The notes beneath the pieces were generated by a model, which saw only the letters and a list, made by a program, of their open reading frames with translations, was not told the origin of the DNA and searched no databases. Of a DNA stretch of 64,000 nucleotides, positions 1 to 10,275 are shown piece by piece (the stretch's first letter is position 1; each line of letters opens with the position of its first letter). Source of the DNA: Octopus vulgaris (taxonomy: Eukaryota); assembly GCA_951406725.2 (NCBI GenBank), contig OX597823.1, positions 48,050,001 to 48,114,000 of the forward strand, written 5' to 3'. The position numbers were made by a program, and so were the translations under genes.

Positions 1-92
1 TTGCCTGGACTTGTACCTCAGAGGGCAACTGTCTTGGTGCAATCCCATGGTGCTTTGTGACCAAAGGGGGTCTTTACCCTATAGACCTGTAG

Positions 93-435
93 GTGCAGGC
101 ATAGCTGTATGGTAAGAAGCTTGCTTCCTGACCACGTGGTTCCAGGTTTAGTTCCACTGCATGACATCTTGGGTAAAATGTCTTCTACTGCAGCCTCAAG
201 CCAACCAAAGCATTGCAAGTGGATTTGGTAGACAGAAACTGAAAGAAGACCATCATAAATATATATATGTGTGTGTGTGTGTGTATCTACGTATGAACAT
301 CTTTGGGTTTGTGTTTGTCCCCCCGTCACCACTTGACAACTGATGTCGGTGTGTTTAGGTTCCTGTAACATAGCAGTTCAGCAAAAGAGAACAATAGAAT
401 AAGTACTAGGCTTTAAAAAAATTAGCCTGAGGGGT
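93..435 (+). mobile_element. tRNA-derived SINE, family A (CORE-like block, internal TA/TG microsatellite)
   Basis: Degenerate A/B boxes, TCTTGGGTAAAATGTCTTC CORE-like block, GGATTTGGTAGACAGAAACTGAAAGAAG and internal (TA)/(TG) run; >12 similar copies in the window. Confidence 0.8.
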
Positions 436-489
436 CTTCAAACTGACACTATGTGTTTTTTTTTCTTCAGTTTCACATTAATATTTTTA

Positions 490-660
490 TCTTCTACTTG
501 ATTTAGTCGTTAGACCGTGGCCATGCTGCAGCACTGCCTTGAAGGATTTTTAGTTGAATGAATTGACCCCAGAACACTTTTTTTTTCCATAAGCTTGGTA
601 CTTATGCTAATGGTCTCTTTTGCTGAACTGCATGGCTGCTGTGAAATGACTGAAACAAAG
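490..660 (-). mobile_element. SINE family A 3' portion
   Basis: Reverse complement matches the family A tail (AAGTACCAAGC...CTTCAAGGCAGTGCTGCAGCATGGCC). Confidence 0.65.
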
Positions 661-734
661 AGTAAAAGATTTTATTTGTTGCAAAATCTTTATATAGTTC
701 TATAAAAATAGAGAGGCAGCGTCTGCCTTTTACT

Positions 735-1340
735 AGTTTACATCTTTCAGTCATTACAGAAAGGCCATGTTGAAGCACTGCTTTAAAGGGTTTAGTCAAA
801 CAAATCAATTCCATGTACTTATTTTTCAATCTGGTACTTATGCTATCAATCTCTTTTACCAAACTACTAAGTTACAAGGATGTAAACGAACTATCTCTGG
901 TTGTCAAGAAGTGGCAGGGTACAAAGACAAAGACACGCACATACATATATACATACATACCTATATATTGGGTTGTCCAGAAAGTTCGTGCCAATTTATA
1001 GTAGCTTACCTTTCAACTTATTTTAGAACATGGTTGAGTCCATAAAATAGAATTTGACTACACCTCCATTTAGAGCACAGTTTAAGCTATCTTTTCGTGG
1101 AAGAATGTTTATGTTCCTATAACCTGTATTGATTCTGTAACCCTTTAAAATGGAAGATAAGAAAGTTCATTTCAGTTTCCATCTGCCAAATCCACTCACA
1201 AGGCTTTGCTTGGCACAAGGCTTTGCTTGGCACAAGGCTTTGCTTGGCACAAGGCTATAGTAGAAGACACTTGCCCAAGGTACCATGCAGTGGGACTGAA
1301 CCCTGAACCATGTGGTTGGGGAACAAGCTTCTTACTACAA
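735..1340 (-). mobile_element. SINE family A, interrupted by a mariner fragment; contains a 17-bp tandem (CACAAGGCTTTGCTTGG x3) at ~1196-1256
   Basis: Tail 735-960 and head 1170-1340 match the other family A copies. Confidence 0.75.
968..1172 (+). mobile_element. mariner 5' end (TIR + transposase start MEDKKVHF)
   Basis: TA + TTGGGTTGTCCAGAAAGTTCG mariner-type TIR; AAAATGGAAGATAAGAAAGTTCATTTC encodes a typical mariner N-terminus. Confidence 0.7.
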
Positions 1341-2575
1341 AGTCTTGGGGAAAATCAAGCTTTGAGAAAAAAATCAATCCTTCAGGAAAATCAAGTGAGA
1401 GTCACTCCAAAACAATTTCTGTATGTTTATCAACACTTGTACTTGCAAACTTCAAATTCTATCATTTCAAAACAGTACTGAATATTCCTAATATTTTTTC
1501 TTCAACTCTGAATGCAGCTGAAATCAAAACAGTCAAGAAAGCCAACAATTTTTGGTCCTTTTCAGATTATGATCAGATTTTTGAGTAGCACTAGGATTTT
1601 GTGATATTTTGTTTTTCTAATAAGAAAATAAAAATTGCACATCCCGTTATATGATAATATTTAAATTTACATTTTCTTCCTTTATATCATTTTTGGATAA
1701 GAAGAAAAATGTTCTCTGTGCTAGGGATCACTGTATAGCAATTATATTTTAACATTTTATAATATCTGTCATTAATTTCCCGCATGACTCACCTCTGCCC
1801 ATGTTTTTATTCAATTCTATTAGACAGAACCTGATAATATCATGAATCTGATACCATCATGTTCATAACTCTGTCAAATATCCATCACATGAGAAACATT
1901 ACTTTAATACTGTAAATAATACAAATGGTTTGTGATATACAAATTCATTTATGCAAAGGAGACTGTAACACACTCTTGAATAATTAACCTTGTAATCTTT
2001 CTTTCTTCATTTAACAATTTCATTATATAACATTTCTGTAAATCCTAAGAGTCATTTATCTCCTAAAACAGAGAAGATATCAAAAACTGCTTTGTTATAT
2101 CATAATTGGCAGTTAACAATATTATAGATAAATACAGATCTATATACCCAGGCAGATTAATTCATGCATGAAAATGCAAGTTGCAGGTTGAGGTTCAATA
2201 ATTTTGTAAAGATCTTGATATTGTAGAATGTATTCATTTTTGAGAGCATTCTAGTTTGCAAGAACCTCACAGCAGTGTTGAAGTTCATGAGACCTCTTGC
2301 TGAATAAACAGAAATGCCGAAGGAGAAATTTAAAGTTTATAAATGAAGAACTGATGCTGAAAAGGATGATGACTCAAGTATCTGCTGTCATGACATAAGA
2401 AATAGGAATATAGTTATACGCTAAGTAAGAATTGGATCTAATATAATCAGAATAACAAGTAACACTATAATGTGTTTATGTATATGTGTGTGCATGTGTG
2501 TGTGTGTGTGTGTGCTTATATATGTATGTATATATATATATGTATATATGTATCTATATATATATATATATATAG

Positions 2576-3346
2576 GTCTCACCATGGAAATGACTAGAGA
2601 CCGAGACCTATGGAATATGCTGTGTGTGAGAAGACCCGGCAAGACTAGTAAAGCCATAACCCGTGGCCCCTACCTGGGACGTAGTCAGTCCACCTGTGCA
2701 TACCTTCCTTCCTGCGACACTTGTGAAGACCTGTTGAGGCAAGTGAAAATCAAAATCAAAATCAAATCAAATCAAATCAAATCAAACCAAATCAAAATAG
2801 ATGAACATCAATGGAATTTGTATCTTTGTGGTACCAGTGCCGGTGGCACATAAGAAAACCATCCGAACGTGGCCGTAGCCAGTACCACATCGACTGGCCT
2901 CCGTGCTGTGGGCACGTAACAAACACCATCCGATCGTGGCCGGTCGCCAGCCTCATCTGGCACCTGTGTCGGTGGCACATAAAAAACACCATTCGAGCGT
3001 GGCCATCTGCCAGCCTCGTCTGGCACCTGTGTCGGTGGCACATAAAAAACACCATCCGAGCGTGGCCGTCTGCCAGCTTCGTCTGGCACCTGTGTCGGTG
3101 GCACATAAAAAACACCATCCGAGCGTGGCCGTCTGCCAGCCTCGTCTGGCACCTGTGTCGGTGGCTCATAAAATCACCCACTACACTCTCGGAGTGGTTG
3201 GCGTTAGGAAGGGCATCCAGCTGTAGAAACACTGCCAGATCTGACTGGCCTGGTGCAGCCTTTGGGCTCGCCAGACCCCAGTTGAACCGTCCAACCCATG
3301 CTAGCATGGAAAGCGGACGTTAAACGATGATGATGATGATGATGAT
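2576..3346 (+). mobile_element. RTE-clade LINE 3' end (ORF2 C-terminus, 3'UTR with tandem repeats, (GAT)n tail)
   Basis: LTMEMTRDRDLW matches the RTE C-terminus also seen at 23770-23880 (GRGRPRKTW...AMTSDRDL); (ATCAA)n; GGCGTTAGGAAGGGCATCCAGCTGTAGAAAC; ends AACGATGATGAT. Confidence 0.8.
2921..3172 (+). repeat. 63-bp tandem repeat x4 in RTE 3'UTR
   Basis: Unit AAACACCATCCGAGCGTGGCCGTCTGCCAGCCTCGTCTGGCACCTGTGTCGGTGGCACATAAA; 21-aa periodicity in the ORF track. Confidence 0.9.
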
Positions 3347-3357
3347 GCATATATATA

Positions 3358-3560
3358 TCATCATCATCATCGTTTAACGTCCGCTTTCCATGCTAGCATG
3401 GGTTAGACGATTTGACTGAAGACTGGTGAACCAAATGGCTGCACCAGGCTCCAATCTTGATCTGGATGCCCTTCCTAATGCCAACCACTCCAAGAGTGTA
3501 GTGGGTGCTTTTACGTGCCACCAGCACAAAGGCTAATCAGGCAGTACTGGCAACAGCCAC
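3358..3560 (-). mobile_element. RTE 3' tail, inverted relative to the preceding copy
   Basis: (ATC)n-GTTTAACGTCCGCTTTCCATGCTAGCATGGG is the reverse complement of 3295-3346. Confidence 0.8.
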
Positions 3561-3720
3561 GAAAAAAATCGTTTTTTTTTATATGTATTTATATGTATAT
3601 ATATATATATGTGTGTGTGTATGTATATATATGTGTGTGTGTGTGTAATTGCACACAGACAAACAGACACACACACATATATATATATATGTGTGTGTAT
3701 GTATATATACATATGTTCCA

Positions 3721-3908
3721 ATTCGGCTTATGGAAAGGTTTATATGAGAAGTTTAAATCTAGGGAAACATCTAAATAATCAACTATAGAGAGATTAGTAA
3801 ATACTGTAATTTTAAGTCCTAATTGATTAAAGGTAGAAATTAGTTGCTTCCTAAATCTATCATGGGTATCACAACCATGGGAAATACCCAAACCGTTGTC
3901 ACAGTATA
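3721..3908 (-). mobile_element. Inverted copy of Penelope-like RT segment
   Basis: Minus ORF GLYCDNGLGISHGCDTHDRFRKQLIS...YKPFHKPN is nearly identical to the plus-strand 3942-4132 translation. Confidence 0.85.
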
Positions 3909-3941
3909 GGCCAATGTGTGTCTGTGTGTTGAGGCTGTGCA

Positions 3942-5015
3942 TATACTGTGATGACGGTTTGGGTATTTCCCATGGGTGCAATACCCTTGATAGATTTAGG
4001 AAGCAACTAATTTCTATCTTTAATCAATTAGCACTTAAAATTACAGTATTTACTAATCTCTCTATAGTTGATTATTTAGATGTTTCCATAGATTTGAACT
4101 CCTCTTCGTATAAACCTTTCCATAAGCCTAATGAGAAACTTGCATATATGCATAAACAGTCTTGTCTGCCTCCTATAATATTTAGATACCTGATAGCTAT
4201 TATTAGTAACCTCTCTTCTTCCAAAGAAATTTTTGAGAAAGCTGCCCCCCGTTATAACAATGCCCTAGCCAATAGTGACTTCAAAGATAAATTAGTACAT
4301 AATCCCTCTAATAATAATCAAAATATTAATAATAGATCTAGTGGCATCAAAGATAAAGTAGTACATAACCACTCTAGTATTAATCAGGATAATGTGAGGG
4401 TGTGTGGCTTAGTGGTTAGGGCATTTGGCTCATGATCGTAAGGTTGTGAGTTCGATTCCCGGCAACGCGTTGTGTCCTTGAGCAAGACACTTTATTTCAC
4501 GTTGCTCCAGTCCACTCAGCTGGCAAAAATGAGTTGTACTTGTATTTCAAAGGGTCAGCCTTGTCACTCTCTGTGTCACGCTGATTATCCCCGAGAACTA
4601 CGTTAAGGGTACACGTGTCTGTGGAATGCTCAGCCATTTGCACGTTAATTTCACGAGCATGCTGTTCCGTTGATCGTATCAGCTGGGACCCTCATCGTCG
4701 TAACCGGTGGAGTCTTTTTTTTTTTAATCAGGATAATAAGAACCCCCAAAATAGTCCAAGGAAAATTATTTGGTTCACCTCTCCTTCTTCCCTTAATATA
4801 AAAACTAACATTGGTAAAAGATTCCTGTCTCTGCTAGACAAACACTTTCCAGCCATTCACAGATACAGGAAAATATTTAATAGGTGTTCTGTGAAATTAT
4901 CATATAGCTACTGCCCCAATATGAAGAGTATCATTGCATGTGGTCAATACCAAGAGCCTGAATCCAGTTGCAACTGTCATTACCCAGGATCCTGTCCACT
5001 TGACCAAAGGTATAT
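3942..5015 (+). mobile_element. Penelope-like element RT/linker fragment (Naiad-like), interrupted by a SINE
   Basis: YCDDGLG (YRDDGL-type RT motif), DYLDV..DL...YKPFHKPN, RKIIWF...NIKTNIGKRFLSLLDKHFP..HRYRKIFNR..VKLSYS..PNMKSII, CNCHYPGSCPL. Confidence 0.8.
4394..4723 (+). mobile_element. tRNA-derived SINE family B, full length with 14-bp TSD
   Basis: A box TGGCTTAGTGG, B box GAGTTCGATTCC, TGTGTCCTTGAGCAAGACACTT block; TSD TTAATCAGGATAAT at 4380-4393 and 4724-4737. Confidence 0.9.
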
Positions 5016-5019
5016 GATT

Positions 5020-5458
5020 AAATCTATCAGCCACCTTCTTATTCCGGGGCAGCACTACCTCCTTCAGGCACTTGATGTAGGCCTTTGTGTTGAGTCTAAG
5101 GCCATGTGGGAAGATGAATGGAGGTATAACATTGCCATCACTAATGAGCACTCCAAACACTATGATGTTGACTGGATGTTTGATTTTTATCACTCTCGAT
5201 ACATGTTTTGGAGACACAGCAAGCTAAAGGCTGTTCTGTGGATTCACCATCTGTTCGTACTGGGGCTTCCAGCATGAATGCCAAGCAGTACAGTATGTCA
5301 TTTTCAAATTTCTAGCAGAGTGAAATGATAGTGTTTTGCTAACAGATGGTGCCCAACTGACCCTACTATACTATACTGTGTAGTCAACAAAATCAATAAC
5401 AAACAATGCGAAATTAAGAATATAAAATAACGACAATTTAGCCATAGGACCCTGTGTA
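5020..5458 (-). mobile_element. Tc1/mariner-superfamily (maT-like) transposon remnant with TIR
   Basis: KHPVNIIVFGVLISDGNVIPPFIFPHGLRLNTKAYIKCLKEVVLP DDE-domain fragment; terminus CACAGGGTCCTATGGCTAAATTGTC is related to 45700-45791. Confidence 0.75.
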
Positions 5459-5482
5459 TATATAATCATATATATATATATA

Positions 5483-5795
5483 TGGTGGTTGTCTACTTCT
5501 TATGCAAAGCCTGACCACCTCATGCACTTACCTCCAGATCCATTATGGCACCTGATGTGACTTTTTAAACCAGATAATGTATTGAAAAGACACCCACATA
5601 GATTGTGTATCTGATTTGAACCACCAAAGGCAGCAGTTAAGTTCTGATCTTCGTGGATCTTAAAATGCCTTTTGAGGCCTTCAGTAGATTTCCAGACGAA
5701 CACACACCCAAACAGTTCTTTCATCGTGAGCTTGCAGAGGGAATATGCAATCAGTGTAAACCTAAAAAGTGGTTTATGGATGGCATAGCGAGTAC
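5483..5795 (-). mobile_element. LINE (probably RTE) 3' fragment with two C2H2-like fingers, in (TA)n
   Basis: GLKRHFKIH...NLCGCLFNTLSGLKSHIRCH; terminus GTAGACAACCAC abuts (TA)n; second copy at 22764-23125. Confidence 0.6.
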
Positions 5796-5800
5796 TACTC

Positions 5801-5856
5801 TGTGTGTGTGTGTGTATATACATACATACATACATATATATATATATGAATACATA

Positions 5857-5912
<56 letters not shown>
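5801..5912. repeat. (TG)/(TA)n microsatellite
   Basis: Directly visible. Confidence 0.95.
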
Positions 5913-5914
<2 letters not shown>

Positions 5915-6124
5915 GGTCATACACTCTTGATAGGCCAGTTACTGTGGTATTTGTCCCAAGATAACATCTATTATGAACACAATAACTATTAGAGAGAGAT
6001 GAAAATTCCACCCAGCTGTGGCAAGTAAGAATACCAGATACATTTCTGTCTACAGTAGATATCTATATATTTTAACAAACGATACTTGTAATAGACAAAT
6101 ATAAACATTCTTTTTCTGAATATA

Positions 6125-7160
6125 TTGGGTTGTCAGATAAATTCCTTTCTTTCTTTCCAGTGCTATTTGAATTAAAGCAAAAAAATATTTTTATCTTAGT
6201 GTTTTATATATTTTTTTAAATTCATTTTTTTTTACTGCTCTATTCTTCTACAATTTTTGTTTATCATTTTTTTCAACTTAAATAAATTTGACTTCTTTTC
6301 GAGCATACAGTGATGGAGTGCCAAGTAAAAAGAAAAATATGCATTCTCAACACCTGCTTCTCTTTGCATTTAATGAAGATTCAAAAAACTGCCAAAGTTG
6401 CATGAGACATTTGTGCTGTGTATTGAGAAAGGTACTATTACTGAAGAACTGCATAGAAATGGTTTCCATGCTTCTAGAGAGGAAATTTGATCTCACAGAC
6501 TTTCTACATTCTAAGAAACCTGTTCAGTTCAGGGAGGGTTGATTGAACAAGCTCATCCATAAGGATCCATGCCAATCCACAATGGAATTGTCCCAGCAGA
6601 TGAGCTGCTCTCATGATACCACTAGCCATCACCTTCCCTCAATGAGTAAAAATTGGTGCTTGGGTGTCACATTCTTTGAACAAAAGAGACAAATTCAACA
6701 TTCCTCTATTCTCATCAAATTGCTTGCTCGGTACAAACAGAAATTTCTTTACTGCAATGTCACTAACAATAAAAAAATAAAATAAAAATGGCCTCTCTAC
6801 ATCAATATGAGGCAGAGGAAAGAATGACTGGTCCTGAAAGGTAAGTGATACTTCAATCCAATGCAGAGCTGCATCCTATTTCTTTATTGCCCACAAGGGG
6901 CTACACACAGAGAGAACAAACAAGGACAGACAAACGGATTAAGTCGAATACATCGACCCCAGTGCGTAACTGGTACTTATTTAATCAACCCCAAAAGGGT
7001 GAAAGGCAAAGTTGACCTCGGCGGAATTTGAACTCAGACCGTAACGACAGACGAAATACCGCTAAGCATTTCGCCCAGCGTGCTAACGTTTCTGCCAGCT
7101 CGCCACCTTACAAGACATCCATATAAGACAATGATCTGCATTTGGTTGGACTGAGAAGGG
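6125..7160 (+). mobile_element. Decayed mariner (TIR + transposase N-terminal half), interrupted by a SINE
   Basis: TA-TTGGGTTGTCAGATAAATT TIR; MECQV..NMHSQHLLLFAFN, LNKLIHKDPCQSTMELSQQMSCSH, ELHP|..KTMICIW motifs across frameshifts. Confidence 0.8.
6878..7112 (-). mobile_element. tRNA-derived SINE family D, near full length
   Basis: Minus strand GGTGGCGAGCTGGCAGAAACG...GAGTTCAAATTCCGCCGAGGTCAACTTTGCCTTTCACCCTTTTGGGGTTGATTAAATAAGTACCAG; CATCC on both flanks. Confidence 0.85.
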
Positions 7161-7547
7161 TTTGTAGTGAGTCACCAGTGTAAAATGTAAGCAATGTAGA
7201 AAGTCACTAATGTAGTGAGAGTGGTCACTAATTTAAAGCATGAAAGTGTTCGTGGAAAAGTTCAGTAAATGCACTTTTGAGAAGCATGTGTAATGGAATA
7301 TCAGAAGACAGTTTTTAAGCAAATAACTTAATTTATTAGAATAGTAATGAGAGCTGACAAGTGATGAGCAAAGAGGGTGTATATGTAGGAATCAGAGAAA
7401 AGCATTTAAACTTACGATTGGAGAATAGCTTCAGTTGTAAGCCATTAAAAGCTAGTAGAGATGAAGCTAGCTTGGATGGAAATAAACCACTCATGACATA
7501 GATAGAGTTATGTTGATGTAGACTAACAGGAAATGGTGCTTGCAAGG

Positions 7548-7845
7548 CAAAGTTGACTAAAACAAAATAGGATATCCATTATGTGGTCAGCATTGAAAGC
7601 TAAATATGATTCAGAGTTTTGTGGCACTAGGTTGGGGAGAAAAACCAGAAGAGAGGTCCCATCTCTGGAGAATTGCTGTTGCTCATCTTGTGTTCTTCCA
7701 CCGACTATTAAACAACACATACTTACCTATGGGGCGGATAACTGCTTCTAATTTTTATATGTGCCCAGTCCTGATTGGCTGGAGTATCTCATAGCACAAC
7801 TGTGCTATGCCGCGACAGCAAAAATAGCTTTCCTGATTCCTACAG
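7548..7845 (-). mobile_element. Decayed non-LTR RT fragment, copy 1
   Basis: Aligns with 8509-8806; translation resembles the SYL..RQ..V...VTS(GVPQG) RT region. Confidence 0.5.
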
Positions 7846-8026
7846 TATCCCCTGCTCAGACTACAAGTTGATAGAAGCAACAGTAATGCAGCAAGAAAGA
7901 AAACAAATGCAAAGTGAAATGCTCAAACAATGGTAAAAATCATGAATAGATCAAGGAAAGCAATATAACAAATGCCAGAAAAGGCAAGTACACAAAAATG
8001 AGAAAATGACAGGCACTTAAGGTAAG

Positions 8027-8150
<124 letters not shown>

Positions 8151-8184
8151 TATATACAGTCTTACAAAGTCTCCTGGGTCAATG

Positions 8185-8455
8185 GACATGATGTGTGTGG
8201 AGCGGTGTGTGAAGGAGGTCCATAGCACAATAACCAGGCCAATACCAGGTCTCATGCTACAGAGTAGGTAGAAATATCAGTTAGAGGAATGGTGTCAAGT
8301 CAGTGGGTGAAATGATCAATACAAGTGAGAATATAAGTGTACCCTTGACTGATGGGCTAGGGTCCAAAAAGATCAATGTGGTTGTAACAGAAGTGTGCAT
8401 CTGGTGTGCTGAAAGTGCTGAGGGGTGCATGAATGTGTGTACGCACCACTGGCCT
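8185..8455 (-). mobile_element. Gypsy-type LTR retrotransposon integrase remnant
   Basis: Translation PLSTFSTPDA...[36 protein letters not shown] matches the Gypsy rve core (HIDLVGPLP.SQGYTY.LT.IDRFTRWP.AIPL). Confidence 0.75.
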
Positions 8456-8508
8456 TAGGCAGTGTAGGCAAGATCAAAACCAGTCAGTGAAAACAGTGCT
8501 TGAAAGGT

Positions 8509-8806
8509 AAAGTTGACAAAAAAGAAATAGGATGACCATGATGTGGTCAGCGTTGAGAGCTTAATATGATTCAGAAGTTTGCAGCACAAGGTTGGTGAGA
8601 AAAAAGAGGAAGGCAGGTCCCATCTTTGGAGAACTGATGTTACTTGTCTCATTTTCTTCTGCTGACTGTTAAAAAAACCCACACTTGCCTATGGAGCAGA
8701 TAACTGCCTCTAGTATTAATATGCATCCAGTCCTAATTGGCTGGAGTATGCCATAGCACAACTGTGCTATGCTGTGACAGCAAAAATAGCTTCCCTGACT
8801 CCTATA
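8509..8806 (-). mobile_element. Decayed non-LTR RT fragment, copy 2
   Basis: SYLLHRQVWVFFNSQQKKMRQVTSV; aligns with 7548-7845. Confidence 0.5.
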
Positions 8807-8987
8807 GGTTAATCTGCTACAAAATACTTGGAAACAATCACACAGTCCCTGTAGAGCTTTCATTCAGCAAGTGCATTGGCTCAATGACCTGATTGGCAAC
8901 ACAGCATGCTTCTTCAACACAACGATGCTCAACCCAGAGTCAATAATGCTTGTATGTATATGTGTGTGTGCATGTATGTATGTATAT

Positions 8988-9298
8988 CACCATGATCACC
9001 GTGACCGACCAGGCTATCAGATGTTGTTACACATCGCTGGTCACAATGCGCTTCACATTGTTTTAGCCTTCAAATGACGCCACTCCGCTGGCTAAGCGAG
9101 CAGGCCAACAGAAGAAAGAGTAAGAGAAAGTTGTGGCGAAGGAGTACAGCAGGGATCGCCGCCACCCCCTGCCGGAGCCTCGTGGAGCTTTAGGTGTTTT
9201 CGCTCAATAAACACTCACAACGCCCGGTCTGGGAATCGAAACCGCGATCCTACGACTGCGAGTCCGCTGCCCTAACCACTAGGCCATTGCGCCTCCAC
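8988..9298 (-). mobile_element. tRNA-derived SINE family C, body type 1
   Basis: Head TGTGGAGGCGCAATGGCCTAGTGGTTAGGGCAGCGGACTCGCAGTCGTAGGATCGCGGTTTCGATTCCC with A/B boxes; CpGs retained; flanks share ATGTATGTATAT. Confidence 0.9.
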
Positions 9299-9301
9299 AT
9301 G

Positions 9302-9334
<33 letters not shown>

Positions 9335-9339
<5 letters not shown>

Positions 9340-9450
9340 CAAAATGGGACAAGAACGCAAAACATCCAGAAGATGATACAAAACCACGGACAGGTCATTC
9401 AAAGCCTTTAATCTTCAGTCAAGAACCGGGTCATCTTCGCAATTTCAGCT
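9335..9450 (-). mobile_element. Probable Penelope-like 3' terminal fragment in (TA)n
   Basis: Homologous to 54144-54285 (CCGGTTCTTGACTGAAGA...CCTGTCCGTG...GTTCTTGTCC); both lie in TA arrays. Confidence 0.45.
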
Positions 9451-9464
9451 ATATACATATATAT

Positions 9465-9780
9465 CATCAACATCATCATTTAACGTCCGTTGTCCATGCT
9501 GGCATGGGTTGGATGTTGTGATCAGAGCTGGCAAGCTGGGTGGGGGTGCACCAACTCCAGTTTCACTTAGGATAGTTTGTACAATTGGATGCCCTTCCTA
9601 ACAGCAACCATTTTACAGATTCTGCTGGATTCTTTTACAAGGTACTGCATGGGTGCTTTTACATGGCACCACGCAGACGCTTTTATGTGGGTACCACCCA
9701 TGCACTTTTATGCAACACTACTTTTAAATGACACCACACAAGTGCTTTCACATGGCATAGCCACAAGTGTTTTATGCCAC
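9465..9780 (-). mobile_element. RTE 3' tail, decayed
   Basis: CATCATTTAACGTCCGTTGTCCATGCTGGCATGGG...GGATGCCCTTCCTAA. Confidence 0.7.
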
Positions 9781-9979
9781 CAGAAGATACATATACATAT
9801 ATAAACTAATACATCTGTTTATTGTGTACACCACCTGTCTTCATCTTTTGTTTTTTTGTGAATTCTCCCTATATATATATATCTATATATATATATATAT
9901 ACACACATATATATACATATACATATGTGTCAAGCTAAGTAAAATCACTGTTCCTCACACATACAAGCTTGTCCTTTCA

Positions 9980-10212
9980 GGGGCTGGTGCCACATAAAAA
10001 GCACTCATGTTAGTGCTGCATAAATGCACCCATGCTGGTGCTGCGTAAATGCACCCATGCTGGTGTTGTGTAAACAGACCTGTGCCAGTGACACATAAAA
10101 GGTACCCAACACACTTTGATAAGTGGTCGGTGTTAGGAAGCTAGCCACCTCCATGTCAATCTGTATCACATACCAGCATGGAAAGCAAATGTTAAGCAAT
10201 GATGATGATGAT
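9980..10212 (+). mobile_element. RTE 3' tail, decayed
   Basis: GCCACATAAAAAGCAC...GTTAGGAAG...CCAGCATGGAAAG...(GAT)n. Confidence 0.65.
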
Positions 10213-10275
10213 ATATGGATTGATGGATGTGTATGTATGTATATATGCATATGTATATATGTATATGTATATATA

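Noticed and set aside
2792-3323. 170-aa repeat ORFs, or a CRISPR-like array
   Set aside because: Contiguous 63-bp tandem units without unique spacers, inside an RTE 3'UTR; eukaryotic context and no cas genes
9225-9298. tRNA gene
   Set aside because: A/B boxes are present but there is no proper acceptor stem; it continues into a SINE body and recurs at 13.8 and 57.6 kb
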